From: an uncultured Clostridia bacterium
GTDB taxonomy: Bacteria; Bacillota; Clostridia; TANB77; CAG-508
Length of the DNA stretch: 64,000 nt
Assembly (NCBI GenBank): GCA_944388735.1
Contig: CALXJX010000002.1
Coordinates: 2,480 to 66,479, forward strand
Reading direction: 5' to 3'
The notes below the pieces were generated by a model, which did not search any database, was not told the DNA's origin, and saw only the letters and a list, made by a program, of their open reading frames with translations. A program made the translations under genes and the position numbers. Below are positions 32,815 to 42,849 of this stretch, piece after piece. The number at the start of each line of letters is the position of its first letter. Position 1 is the stretch's first letter.

Positions 32815-34028
32815 TGACAAATGTTTTTGATATTTTAGAAGAAAGAGGTTACATTGAACAAATGACTCATCCAAAAGAAATAAAAGAACTTTTTGGAAAA
32901 GAGTCTGTTCCTTTTTATATTGGAATAGACCCAACAGCAGATAGCTTACATGTTGGACATTTTGTTTCATTAATGGTTGCGAGTCATCTGCAAAAATGTG
33001 GTCATAAACCAATTATATTAGTTGGTGGTGGTACAGCAACAATTGGAGATCCTTCTGGAAAAACAGATATGAGAAAAATGATGTCTCGTGAAGAGATTAA
33101 TCATAATGTTGAATGTATAAGAAAGCAAGTTGAAAAATTTGTTTCTTTTGAAGGAGAAAATGCAGCTATTATTGTTAATAATGCTGATTGGTTATTAGAT
33201 TTAAAATTCATTGATTTTGTAAGAGAAATTGGAAGTTTGTTCTCTGTTAATAAAATGCTTGCAGCAGAATGTTATAAACAAAGATTAGAAACAGGATTAA
33301 CATTTTTCGAAATGAGCTATATGTTAATGCAATCATTCGATTTCCTACATCTTTATGAAACTTATGGATGCAAATTGCAAATGGGAGGAAATGATCAATG
33401 GTCTAATATTATTGGAGGAGTTGAATTAATCAGAAAAATTGGTAAAAATGATTCTTATGGTTTAACATTTAAGCTTCTTACTACAAAAGAAGGTAAGAAA
33501 ATGGGAAAAACTGAAAAAGGTGCTTTATGGTTAGACCCTCAAAAAACTTCTCCTTATGAATTTTATCAATATTGGAGAAATATTGAAGATAGCAGTGTAG
33601 AAACGGTTTTAAAAATGCTTACATTTTTACCTATTGAAAAAATCAATGAACTATCTACTTTAAAAGATGAAAAAATTAATGAAGCTAAAAAAGTAGCAGC
33701 TTTTGAAATCACAAAACTTATTCATGGTGAAGAAGAAGCTAAAAAAGCTGAAGAAGCTTCAAATGCCTTATTTAATGGTCAAGGTAGTTTAGATAATATG
33801 CCTACTTTAAAATTAGAAGACAAAAATGTTTCAATTTTAGATGCAATTATTTTAGCAAATATTGCTCCCTCTAAAGGTCAAGCAAGAACTTTAATTAATC
33901 AAGGTGGAATTTCATTAAATGATGAAAAAATTTCTGATGTTAATTATGTTCTTTCTGATAAAGATTTTTCACAAGGTTTTGCTATTTTGAAAAAAGGTAA
34001 AAAAGTTTTTTATAAATTAACATTTTAA
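32814..34028 (+). CDS. tyrS: Tyrosine--tRNA ligase
   Basis: HVGH and KMGKT class I motifs and a C-terminal S4 domain. Confidence 0.93.
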   Translation: MTNVFDILEERGYIEQMTHPKEIKELFGKESVPFYIGIDPTADSLHVGHFVSLMVASHLQKCGHKPIILVGGGTATIGDPSGKTDMRKMMSREEINHNVECIRKQVEKFVSFEGENAAIIVNNADWLLDLKFIDFVREIGSLFSVNKMLAAECYKQRLETGLTFFEMSYMLMQSFDFLHLYETYGCKLQMGGNDQWSNIIGGVELIRKIGKNDSYGLTFKLLTTKEGKKMGKTEKGALWLDPQKTSPYEFYQYWRNIEDSSVETVLKMLTFLPIEKINELSTLKDEKINEAKKVAAFEITKLIHGEEEAKKAEEASNALFNGQGSLDNMPTLKLEDKNVSILDAIILANIAPSKGQARTLINQGGISLNDEKISDVNYVLSDKDFSQGFAILKKGKKVFYKLTF

Positions 34029-34029
34029 T

Positions 34030-34262
34030 TTTACGCAAGTAAAATTTATGTACATTCTGGATTCGTTGGAGCGCAGCGACTTTCCTATTGTAGAACAAAG
34101 AGTTGCTCTTGAATAGGGAAAACTTGATTTTTCCTATTCAAAAACAATGGCGGGCTTTTTAAAATATTTTATTTGTTTATAATATTTTAAAGCCCGCATT
34201 ATTGTTAGAACGCCAAATTTTATGCAAATAAAATTTGTGTGCATTCTCAGATCAAAGCGTTG
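34030..34262. repeat. Cluster of family A repeat modules and the GAATAGGAAAA hairpin subunit
   Basis: gtaaaatttatgtacattctggattcgttggagcgcagcgactttcctattgtag, gaatagggaaaacttgatttttcctattc and aaatttgtgtgcattctcagatcaaagcg all match modules seen at 11901, 54800 and 59020. Confidence 0.5.
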
Positions 34263-34263
34263 T

Positions 34264-34554
34264 TTATCTACTTTTTTCCACTATATCCACAATATCTGCA
34301 ATAAATTCACCAATAACAGGAATATTTAATGAAACTATTTTTTGTAATAACATTACTAAAATAGCTGTAATTACAGTGACACCTATTCCTATTCCGATAC
34401 CTCTAAAAATCCCAGCAATTAAATTTCTAATTATCATTTCTTTTCTATTTCCTAGCAAATATGACAATTCCATAATATTTCCTTTTTCTAGAGTTTCGTT
34501 TAAATTATCAATTGATTTTTCTAACAATTTGTATTTCTTCTTTTTTAACCACAT
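34264..34554 (-). CDS. Small membrane protein (DUF5665-like)
   Basis: 96 aa with a basic N-terminus and a GIGIGIG-containing TM hairpin. Confidence 0.35.
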   Translation of the reverse strand: MWLKKKKYKLLEKSIDNLNETLEKGNIMELSYLLGNRKEMIIRNLIAGIFRGIGIGIGVTVITAILVMLLQKIVSLNIPVIGEFIADIVDIVEKSR

Positions 34555-34667
34555 AAAAAATCCACCTTACAATTATTATGGTGGATTTTTATATTTTTAT
34601 TTACAAATTATAATTATTTACATTTTTTACTAAAATTTATTTTATACAATTAATATATAAAACTCTT

Positions 34668-37580
34668 TTAATTATTTACATTAGTTGTTAAATTGTTTAT
34701 AGCATTACCAGTAATATTCGCATTATCAACATTATTACTATCTATGCTATTAAGTTGATTAGTTGATTCTTCAAGTTCTTTTTGTTTTTCATCTTCCTCT
34801 TGTTTCATTTTTTCCAAAGAATTTATAAGCTCTTGCAATCTTTTAATATCACTACCCATCATTTCCCAATCATTATTATTTGATGATTCTGTTAAGTTAT
34901 TATTAGCTTTAATAACTGCTTCTATTAATCCTTCCATATCATCTGTATTTTCAATTTCTATATCAACTGCATATTTAGAAAGTAGATTTTCTAATGCTTT
35001 GGTTAAATTATCACCTATTGCAACTTTATTTCCAGATGCTACAACTACTTTTTTAAGAATAGGTACATCAGACTCATTTAGCATTGTTTGGTAAATTGGC
35101 TCTACATAAAGTAATGTATTCTCAATTGGCACTATTATCATGCTTTTAGTAACCCTTGTTCCTGTAACATTCAAAGAATCTAGTTCTGATGAAATTGCTT
35201 CGTCTTCTTCTATCTGTTTGTCTAGTTGCATAGCTCCTAAAACATTGCTATCAGCTGAAAATTTATATAATTTCAAATTATTTGTTGCTCCATTAGTAGT
35301 TCCTACTAAATAAGAAATTATATTTTGCTTTTCATTTGGTGTATAGACTTGTACTAGTCCTAATTCGTCTGTATTTTCATTTTTAACCATTGTATAATAT
35401 GGTTCCATATATGTTCCAGTTGAAGTCGTTGACCTTATTGTATTGCCTTTAGCTATATCCCATAAATCATCTGCTCTATATAATACGTCTGGTTTTACAT
35501 TATGATATACTTTTAAAACTTCTGATTGTACATCATATAAAAATTTAGGATAAATAAAATGTTCTGAAATATCTTCTGGAATTTGTTCATCTATGTCAAC
35601 AAATAAATCTTTATACATATTTCTATATGCCATTGCTATTGGGTCTGTCCTATCCGTAATATAGAAAGAAATCGTACCGTCATAGCTATCTACTAAAACC
35701 TTAACAGAGTTTCGAATATAGTTAATGCTTTCCTTTATTCCGTCATGTTCTATACTTGTGTATTGTGAATATGGATATTGACTTGAAACTGTATAAGCAT
35801 CAATTACCCATATAATTCTTCCTTCACTATTTACGACTGTGTATGGATTTTCATCATAAATTAGATAGGGTAATGCTTTTTTAGCTCTCTGGATAACATT
35901 TCTATTAATCAAAATTTTACTTTCTTCTGTTATTTCTCCAGAAAATGCTAAATTAATATCACCTTTGCTAATTCCTAAAATCAGTCTATCCAAAAATCCT
36001 AAATTTAAACCTGCTTTCCCTGAATAGGTTGATGTTTGATCATTTCCAGCCTCATCTGTATAATCATATTCTTGCTTATTCTTCGTATTTGTGGCCACAA
36101 TATTGTCAGTTTCCATTCCAAAATATATTCTTGGCTCTGTTATTTCTATATTTTCGTCTTTTCCTGATACTTCTTTTTGCACATATTGCACATTTCCTGT
36201 CTGTGTACTTTCTGTTGCTGATGATACTATAATCCCCATTCCATGTGTATATTCATAAGTTTTATTATTATATGTTCTGCCATTACTTACAATCTCTCTT
36301 GGAGAAATATATACTATTTGGTCTTGTCCATCAATTTTATACTTTGCAATATTAGCTCTTGTATATGAATAATACCCTGTACCTGTTTGATTATCTTGTA
36401 CAGTTTTTAATACAGCATCTTCACTAATAACTGGTATATTATTAATTACATTTCTATTTTGTGCAACTTCCTCTTGTGTAATTGTTCCTGTATAATCAAC
36501 ATTTTCTTCTTCTATGTTCAAACCGTAAGCATTTTTTGTATTTTTTATGTTTTCTGATATATAAATCCTTTCTTTATCTAGTTCATTAGAGTTGACAAAT
36601 ATTAAGTCAAATCCTATCATTACTACAAATAGTATTACTAAATATGCTGGTATAACAGCTAAATTTTTTAGTACTTTATTTGAACTTCCTTCTTTAAAGT
36701 ATTTTAAAGCTCTATATACAAAAATAACGATAATAAATGCAAATATTACATATCCCCATAATTCTATTGTTGTTTCTGTAAGTCCTGCTCCAACAATATC
36801 TATGTCATCATCAATAGTTAATAGTTTTCCAAATACCATATTTTGTACATTTAATACAGTTAAAATTGCAACACCTATAACTATTAGCATGATATTTCTA
36901 ATTATTTTTTTCATAAAAATACTTTGTTTTAGCATCTTTCCGTCTATTCCATCGAAATATCTATTAAATATTATTACATAATATAATGCAGTATATAATG
37001 ATAATCCTACCATAAAGAATATGAAATATAGTAATGCAAATTCTATTAAAGGCTTTTGGAATATAAAATATGAAATATCCATATTAAAAATAGATTCAGT
37101 TATTCCAAAGCTACTATTACTAATTACTAGCATTATTTTTTCCATTGACATTGCAGAAACTATTACACTTACTATTGCTGATATTACTAATGCTAATGAT
37201 TTATTTAATAATTTGGGCATTTCTTTTTTTTCTTTTTCAAAAAATGGTTTTAATCCTTTTTTTATTCCTCTATTGGTAAAATATAGTATAAAATATAGTA
37301 CTACAAAGTTTATTCCCATAATTGCATATTTATATGTTAAATTTGTATAAAATACACTTATGTATTGTTGTCCTAATTCCATATATTCTAAATAACTCGC
37401 TCTTAGTTGAATGTAGCTAACAGCTACAAAAACTAATATAAATAAAATAACTATTAACATTCTAGTTTTATTTTTTTTCTTTTTTGTATTTATATTTGGG
37501 TTTTCTTTTATTTTTTCTGTTGTCTGTTCGGTTGTCTTTTGTTCTATATTGTTATTTTCTTTCTTTGTGTTTTCTTCCAC
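34668..37580 (-). CDS. UPF0182 family large membrane protein
   Basis: 970 aa, with an N-terminal block of about 7 TM helices and a large extracytoplasmic domain. The architecture is typical of UPF0182. Confidence 0.65.
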   Translation of the reverse strand: MEENTKKENNNIEQKTTEQTTEKIKENPNINTKKKKNKTRMLIVILFILVFVAVSYIQLRASYLEYMELGQQYISVFYTNLTYKYAIMGINFVVLYFILYFTNRGIKKGLKPFFEKEKKEMPKLLNKSLALVISAIVSVIVSAMSMEKIMLVISNSSFGITESIFNMDISYFIFQKPLIEFALLYFIFFMVGLSLYTALYYVIIFNRYFDGIDGKMLKQSIFMKKIIRNIMLIVIGVAILTVLNVQNMVFGKLLTIDDDIDIVGAGLTETTIELWGYVIFAFIIVIFVYRALKYFKEGSSNKVLKNLAVIPAYLVILFVVMIGFDLIFVNSNELDKERIYISENIKNTKNAYGLNIEEENVDYTGTITQEEVAQNRNVINNIPVISEDAVLKTVQDNQTGTGYYSYTRANIAKYKIDGQDQIVYISPREIVSNGRTYNNKTYEYTHGMGIIVSSATESTQTGNVQYVQKEVSGKDENIEITEPRIYFGMETDNIVATNTKNKQEYDYTDEAGNDQTSTYSGKAGLNLGFLDRLILGISKGDINLAFSGEITEESKILINRNVIQRAKKALPYLIYDENPYTVVNSEGRIIWVIDAYTVSSQYPYSQYTSIEHDGIKESINYIRNSVKVLVDSYDGTISFYITDRTDPIAMAYRNMYKDLFVDIDEQIPEDISEHFIYPKFLYDVQSEVLKVYHNVKPDVLYRADDLWDIAKGNTIRSTTSTGTYMEPYYTMVKNENTDELGLVQVYTPNEKQNIISYLVGTTNGATNNLKLYKFSADSNVLGAMQLDKQIEEDEAISSELDSLNVTGTRVTKSMIIVPIENTLLYVEPIYQTMLNESDVPILKKVVVASGNKVAIGDNLTKALENLLSKYAVDIEIENTDDMEGLIEAVIKANNNLTESSNNNDWEMMGSDIKRLQELINSLEKMKQEEDEKQKELEESTNQLNSIDSNNVDNANITGNAINNLTTNVNN

Positions 37581-37656
37581 AATATAACCTCCCTTGCTTT
37601 ACCCCTTTTTATCTAATAATTTTGTGTATAAATTTTTAAGTTTGAAATGTTATACC

Positions 37657-38562
37657 CTATATAATAGCTTTTACAAAGTCTTCTGAATTAAATACTTCCA
37701 TATCATCTATTTGCTCACCTACACCAATAAATTTAACTGGTATTTTGTTTTCTTCTACTATCCCAATTACAACTCCACCTTTTGCTGTTCCGTCTAGTTT
37801 TGTAAGTACTAGTCCTGTTATGTCTGCTTCTTCTTTAAATGCTTTTACTTGTGAAATTGCATTTTGTCCGGTTGTTCCGTCTATTACTAGTAAAACTTCT
37901 TTGTCACTATCTGGCATTTCTTTATTTATAACTTTTTGAATTTTGTTTAGTTCATCCATTAAGTATTTTTTATTATGCAACCTTCCTGCTGTATCAACTA
38001 TCAAAATATCTGCTTCTTTTTCTTTAGTTATTTTTATGGCATCATATACTACAGATGCTGGATCTACACCTTCTTCTCTTTTTACAATGTCTGCCCCTGC
38101 TCTATTTGCCCAGATTTCAAGTTGTTCTACTGCTGCTGCTCTAAATGTATCTGCTGCTGCAACTACTACTTTTTTTCCGTCTTTTGCTAATCTGTTTGCT
38201 ATTTTTCCTATTGATGTTGTTTTTCCTACTCCATTTACTCCTATAACTAATATTACTGATGGTTTTGTTTCTAAATGTAGATTTTTATCTGCTGAATCTA
38301 AGATCTCTTGCATTTCTTCTCTTAATGCTTTTCTTACTTCTTCTTCATCTTGTATTTTGTCTTTTCTTATTTTTGTTCTTAAATTATTTATTATTTTTAC
38401 GGATGTTTCCATTCCTATATCAGACATTATTAGTGCTTCTTCTAGCTCTTCTAAAAAGTCTTCGTCTACTTTTCTAAAGTTACTGAATACATTGTTTATT
38501 TTTTGGTCTAGTGATGCTTTTGTTTTATTCATTCCTTGTTTTAGTTTTTCGAAAAATCCCAT
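37657..38562 (-). CDS. ftsY: Signal recognition particle receptor FtsY
   Basis: SRP54-type GTPase motifs (GVNGVGKTTSIGK, DTAGR, TKLDGTAKGG). Confidence 0.92.
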   Translation of the reverse strand: MGFFEKLKQGMNKTKASLDQKINNVFSNFRKVDEDFLEELEEALIMSDIGMETSVKIINNLRTKIRKDKIQDEEEVRKALREEMQEILDSADKNLHLETKPSVILVIGVNGVGKTTSIGKIANRLAKDGKKVVVAAADTFRAAAVEQLEIWANRAGADIVKREEGVDPASVVYDAIKITKEKEADILIVDTAGRLHNKKYLMDELNKIQKVINKEMPDSDKEVLLVIDGTTGQNAISQVKAFKEEADITGLVLTKLDGTAKGGVVIGIVEENKIPVKFIGVGEQIDDMEVFNSEDFVKAII

Positions 38563-38705
38563 ATTATTCCCTCCATAACGTCATTACTTTTATTTTTTAA
38601 CATGATTATTTTACCATATTTTTAAGTGTTTTTCTACTTTTTCAATAAATTTTATTATTTTTATTGAATTTTGCTTATTTTCATTATATAATTGGATTGT
38701 TATTT

Positions 38706-38781
38706 GCCAATATAGCTCAGTTGGTAGAGCAACGGATTCGTAACCCGTAGGTCAGCAGTTCGATTCTGCTTATTGGCTCCA
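38706..38781 (+). tRNA. tRNA-Thr (anticodon CGT)
   Basis: Cloverleaf with acceptor stem GCCAATA/TATTGGC, anticodon loop TTCGTAA, T-loop TTCGATT, and an encoded CCA. Confidence 0.85.
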
Positions 38782-38782
38782 A

Positions 38783-38868
38783 AAATTACTCCCACGAAAT
38801 TCTAAAATTACTTAAAATAAGTAGTTTTAGAACTTTGTGGGAGTATTTCTTTTATTTTTTTATATTTT
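38783..38868 (+). terminator. Strong rho-independent terminator after tRNA-Thr; also the left 22-bp direct repeat of the islet
   Basis: tactcccacgaaattctaaaa ... tttagaactttgtgggagta stem followed by TTTCTTTTATTTTTTT. Positions 38783-38804 (aaattactcccacgaaattcta) recur at 40381-40402. Confidence 0.6.
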
Positions 38869-38906
38869 TATAATATTAATTTGCAATTTGTTGGCTCCTT
38901 TTTTAT

Positions 38907-40124
38907 TTATAAATATTTATATGGGATTACTTTATTTTTTTCATCTAAATTAATTATTTTATCATACATACATATTATTGCACCTTCTCCAACTTCTTTT
39001 ACTGTTTCTAATACTTTAAAGTTTCCTATCATATCTTTAGACGGATTTGCGGTTTTCTTAATTTCTATCGGATATAATTTACCATTTTGCTCAATAATTA
39101 AATCTATTTCTTTTTTTTCTTTATCTCTATAAAAATATACCGGTGGTCTTAATTCTCCACTATTATAATAACTTTTAATAATTTCTACTATCACATAATT
39201 TTCAAAAAAGTTTCCAGCCATTGTTCCTGCTTCTAATACTTCGCTAGTTTTCCATTTTGTTAAATAAGCTGCTAGTCCTGTATCTAAAAAATATACTTTT
39301 GGTGTTTTTACTGCTCTTTTCATAATATTATTATAGTATGGCTCAAGTACATATACTATATTAGAAGCTACTAAGATAGATAACCATCTTTGTGCTGTGG
39401 GTATTGTTATTCCTACTTCATTTGCTATGCTATTTAAATTTAGTAACTGTCCAATTCGGCTTGCTAATGCTGTCATAAATTTTAAAAAGCTAAGTGTATC
39501 TCCTACTTGTGTTAAGCTTCTTACATCTCTTTCAATATATGTGCTTACATACATTGCATAAAACATATCCACATCACTTTTTTCTTGATATAAAGCTGGC
39601 ATTGAACCTTTATGAATAATATTCCAAATTTCATTATAAGAAATTTCTTTTTCATATTTTTTTCTTTTATTTAAGTATTCCTCTGTTGGTATAAATGGCT
39701 CATTAAAATCTATTTCTTTTACTTCTCTAAGACTTAATCCCAGTAAGTTTAGAATTCCTACTCTTCCGGCTAAACTCTCGCTAATATCTTTCATTAAATT
39801 AAATTGTTGAGAACCTGTCAAATAATACATTGCTTTTTTTTCACTATTATCTACTGCGATTTTAATATATCTTAATAAATTTGGTGCATATTGTATTTCA
39901 TCAATTATAATTGGTGGTTTATTGGCTTTTAAAAACAACTCTGGATCTTCTACTGCTGATTGATTTAAAATCATATCATCTAAAGTAATATAATTAATGT
40001 TGGGTTTTATATTTTTTAACATTGTTATTTTTCCGACTTGTCTTGCACCTGTTACTAATATTGTTTTAAACATTTTCTCTTGTTTTTTAATTACACTTTC
40101 AGCTAATCTTTTAATATATTTCAT
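38907..40124 (-). CDS. AAA-family ATPase (AAA_14 plus DUF4143 architecture)
   Basis: N-terminal P-loop region (GARQVGKITMLKN, which carries an extra residue, GKIT rather than GK[TS]) and a C-terminal DUF4143-like domain. Lies between tRNA-Thr and the matching direct repeat. Confidence 0.7.
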   Translation of the reverse strand: MKYIKRLAESVIKKQEKMFKTILVTGARQVGKITMLKNIKPNINYITLDDMILNQSAVEDPELFLKANKPPIIIDEIQYAPNLLRYIKIAVDNSEKKAMYYLTGSQQFNLMKDISESLAGRVGILNLLGLSLREVKEIDFNEPFIPTEEYLNKRKKYEKEISYNEIWNIIHKGSMPALYQEKSDVDMFYAMYVSTYIERDVRSLTQVGDTLSFLKFMTALASRIGQLLNLNSIANEVGITIPTAQRWLSILVASNIVYVLEPYYNNIMKRAVKTPKVYFLDTGLAAYLTKWKTSEVLEAGTMAGNFFENYVIVEIIKSYYNSGELRPPVYFYRDKEKKEIDLIIEQNGKLYPIEIKKTANPSKDMIGNFKVLETVKEVGEGAIICMYDKIINLDEKNKVIPYKYL

Positions 40125-40380
40125 TGAACACCTCCGACTAATATAATATTTAATATTATTATAGTCAATAAAATGTTTTTTGTCAATATTTTACATTAAG
40201 AAAAATTGTAGTATATTTCTTATAAAATATGGACATTTAAAAAATTTATTGAAAAGTTTATTAATTTTATGTTATACTAATTTCAACAGTTGATTAATCA
40301 AATATTTTTTGAGCAGATTGTGGGAGAAACACATTAAGAATTAAGCAATTTTTCGCAAATAACCTCCCTAAACGCTCCAT

Positions 40381-40402
40381 AAATTACTCCCACAAAATTC
40401 TA
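40381..40402. repeat. Right 22-bp direct repeat of the tRNA-Thr islet (21 of 22 identical to 38783-38804)
   Basis: aaattactcccacaaaattcta versus aaattactcccacgaaattcta. Confidence 0.45.
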
Positions 40403-40423
40403 TGAACTAACATATTTTAAAAA

Positions 40424-42754
40424 TTATTTCAATTCATGAATTTTTTTCTTTTTATAAATTCTTCTCTTTATATGAATCAATAAATAACTTATAATAGCCA
40501 AAATCAAAGTAATAATTATTTCTCTTGTAGACAAAGGTGACAATTCTAGCAATTTATGGAATAATAAAGCTGCCATATAAAATCCCACAGATGTTGTAAC
40601 AAACAAAAATGTATGTATCTTTGTAAATGGTGTACATACTTCCTGTACTGCTAAAATACTAACAAAACCGATTAATATATACATCATCGTTGTCAATGTC
40701 TCTTGCCCTATACTTACTATATTTCCAATAATAGTTAAAATAATCACATTAAATATAATAGCAATTGCAAATGGAGCTGCATTTGTAAGTGCCGTTGGTA
40801 AAAACGCTGTTCTTATCGGTTTCTTATTTTTTTCAAATGTTATAAAGAATGATGTATATCCTTCTATTATCAAGTCAATTAATGTAATTTGTATTGGTAT
40901 AAAAGGAAAAGCCGTATTTGTTAATATGCAAAATACTGATAATAGTATCGAATATATAGTCTTAATGAAAAATATTCTAGCAACATTAGTAATATTATTT
41001 ACTACACGCCTTCCTTCCATTAATACATCTTTCAATACACTAAAATCAGAATTTAAAATTACTATTTGTGACACCTGTTTTGCAGCATCACTAGCATCTG
41101 GAAGTGTTATACTGCAATCTGATTCTCGAAGTGCTATAACATCATTTACTCCATCACCTGTCATTGCAACTTTATGATTTTTTGCTTGTAATGCTTTTAC
41201 AATAATGCTTTTTTGATGTGGCAATACTCTTGCAAAAATACTATATCTTTCAACTAAGTCAACTATTTCAGCATCTGTACTTATTGTAGATAAATCAATA
41301 TATGAATCATAGTTTTCTAAACCTGCTTTTTTAGCTATATTTGATACAGTAAAAGCATTATCTCCAGAAATTATTTTTACATCAACACCTTGATCTTTAA
41401 AATATCCTAACATTTCTTTTGCATTCTTTCTTAATGGATCTTCTAATATTATAGATGCAACCACTTCTATAATTGGTAGCCTATCTTCTGAAATAATATC
41501 TTTCGAATATCCTATTGATATTACTCTTTTTCCATTTTTTTGTAATTTTAAAATTTCTTCTGGTAACTCTTTATTTGCTTTTTCAAAAAGCCTTTCTGGT
41601 GCACCCATTATAACAGATCCTTCGTTTTCAAAAGAAATTGAACTCCATTTCCTTTCTGATGAAAATGACACACTATCTATTTTATTATAAATTATATCAC
41701 CTTTAAAATAGTTTTTTATTGCTACAAATGTTGAGTTAGTATCATTCATTCCGTTTGCAAAAGCAATCATCATTTCTTTAAAAGGTTTTGGCATTACATT
41801 ATCATCATAAACTTTAACTTCTGAAACTTTCATTTTTCCTTCTGTTATAGTTCCAGTTTTATCCAAGCATATTGTATCTATATGTGCTAATGATTCAATA
41901 CTATATAGCTCTTGGACTAATACTTCTTTTTTAGCTAACTTTATTACACCTGACTCTAGAGCTATAGTAATTAATAAAACTAATCCTTTTGGTAACATTC
42001 CAAGTAGAGCTGCAGCTGTGGCAATAACAGCTTCTGGCAATATTGTTTCTCTTATAAAATAAGCTTGTATAAATAGAATAATTCCTACTGGTATAATTAC
42101 AAAACTTGTAAAATTCGTAACTTTTTTCATAGAATTAATTAGCTCTGAATTGTTGTCTTTATGCTTTTTTGTAGCACTTACTATTTGATTTGCAAAATTG
42201 TCTTCTCCTACTTTTTCCACTACTGCATAACATTTGCCACTAACTACATAACTACCAGAAAGTAATTTATCTTCTACATTTTTAGTAACTAAATCAGATT
42301 CTCCTGTAAGTAGCGATTCATTAACTTCTAATTCTCCTTCTATTATATATGAATCAGCTGGAATTTGATCTCCTTGTTTTAATAATATAGTATCACCTAG
42401 TACAACTTTTTCTATCTCTATCTCCTCTTGTTTTCCATTTCTAATTACTGTTGTCCTAGACGCTGTTAATATTGATAATTTTTTTACTAAGTTTTTTCCA
42501 TGTATTTCTTGTATTATACCTATTAGTACATTTACTGTAATAATTAAAAAGAAAAACGTATTTGTATATGCTCCAACTCCCAATAATGCAATGGCAATTA
42601 TTAAATTGTACAAATTAAATAATGTAAATACATTGTCTTTTATTATTTGCCAATTGGATTTTAAATTATTATTATCACATTTATTTACTTTTCCTTCACT
42701 TGTTAATTTTTCTATTTCTTTATCAGTTAATCCTTTAAATTTATTTTCTTCCAT
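40424..42754 (-). CDS. Cation-transporting P-type ATPase (P2-like; Ca2+ or Mg2+)
   Basis: DKTGTIT phosphorylation site, TGDGVNDVIAL hinge, TGES actuator motif and 8 to 10 TM segments. Confidence 0.88.
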   Translation of the reverse strand: MEENKFKGLTDKEIEKLTSEGKVNKCDNNNLKSNWQIIKDNVFTLFNLYNLIIAIALLGVGAYTNTFFFLIITVNVLIGIIQEIHGKNLVKKLSILTASRTTVIRNGKQEEIEIEKVVLGDTILLKQGDQIPADSYIIEGELEVNESLLTGESDLVTKNVEDKLLSGSYVVSGKCYAVVEKVGEDNFANQIVSATKKHKDNNSELINSMKKVTNFTSFVIIPVGIILFIQAYFIRETILPEAVIATAAALLGMLPKGLVLLITIALESGVIKLAKKEVLVQELYSIESLAHIDTICLDKTGTITEGKMKVSEVKVYDDNVMPKPFKEMMIAFANGMNDTNSTFVAIKNYFKGDIIYNKIDSVSFSSERKWSSISFENEGSVIMGAPERLFEKANKELPEEILKLQKNGKRVISIGYSKDIISEDRLPIIEVVASIILEDPLRKNAKEMLGYFKDQGVDVKIISGDNAFTVSNIAKKAGLENYDSYIDLSTISTDAEIVDLVERYSIFARVLPHQKSIIVKALQAKNHKVAMTGDGVNDVIALRESDCSITLPDASDAAKQVSQIVILNSDFSVLKDVLMEGRRVVNNITNVARIFFIKTIYSILLSVFCILTNTAFPFIPIQITLIDLIIEGYTSFFITFEKNKKPIRTAFLPTALTNAAPFAIAIIFNVIILTIIGNIVSIGQETLTTMMYILIGFVSILAVQEVCTPFTKIHTFLFVTTSVGFYMAALLFHKLLELSPLSTREIIITLILAIISYLLIHIKRRIYKKKKIHELK

Positions 42755-42809
42755 TCTTCCTCCACTACCTTAACATCTATATATTTTTTACATATATAAT
42801 TCTACATTT

Positions 42810-42848
42810 TTAAAGAGCCTAAAATTGTTCAAAATCTAGGCTCTTTTT
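42810..42848. terminator. Bidirectional hairpin terminator
   Basis: agagcctaa-(loop)-ttaggctct flanked by A-run and T-run. Confidence 0.45.
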
Positions 42849-42849
42849 T

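Noticed and set aside
37943-38578. Long plus-strand ORFs antisense to ftsY (211 aa), and similar antisense ORFs at 43886-44359, 63137-63595 and 25881-26273
   Set aside because: They are low-complexity S/F/L-rich translations of the reverse strand of well-supported genes, with no RBS. They are artefacts of AT-rich codon usage.
38907-40124. DUF4143 ATPase as part of a defence system
   Set aside because: It is a single gene with no nuclease, methylase or other partner, and its Walker A appears degenerate. There is insufficient evidence for a system.
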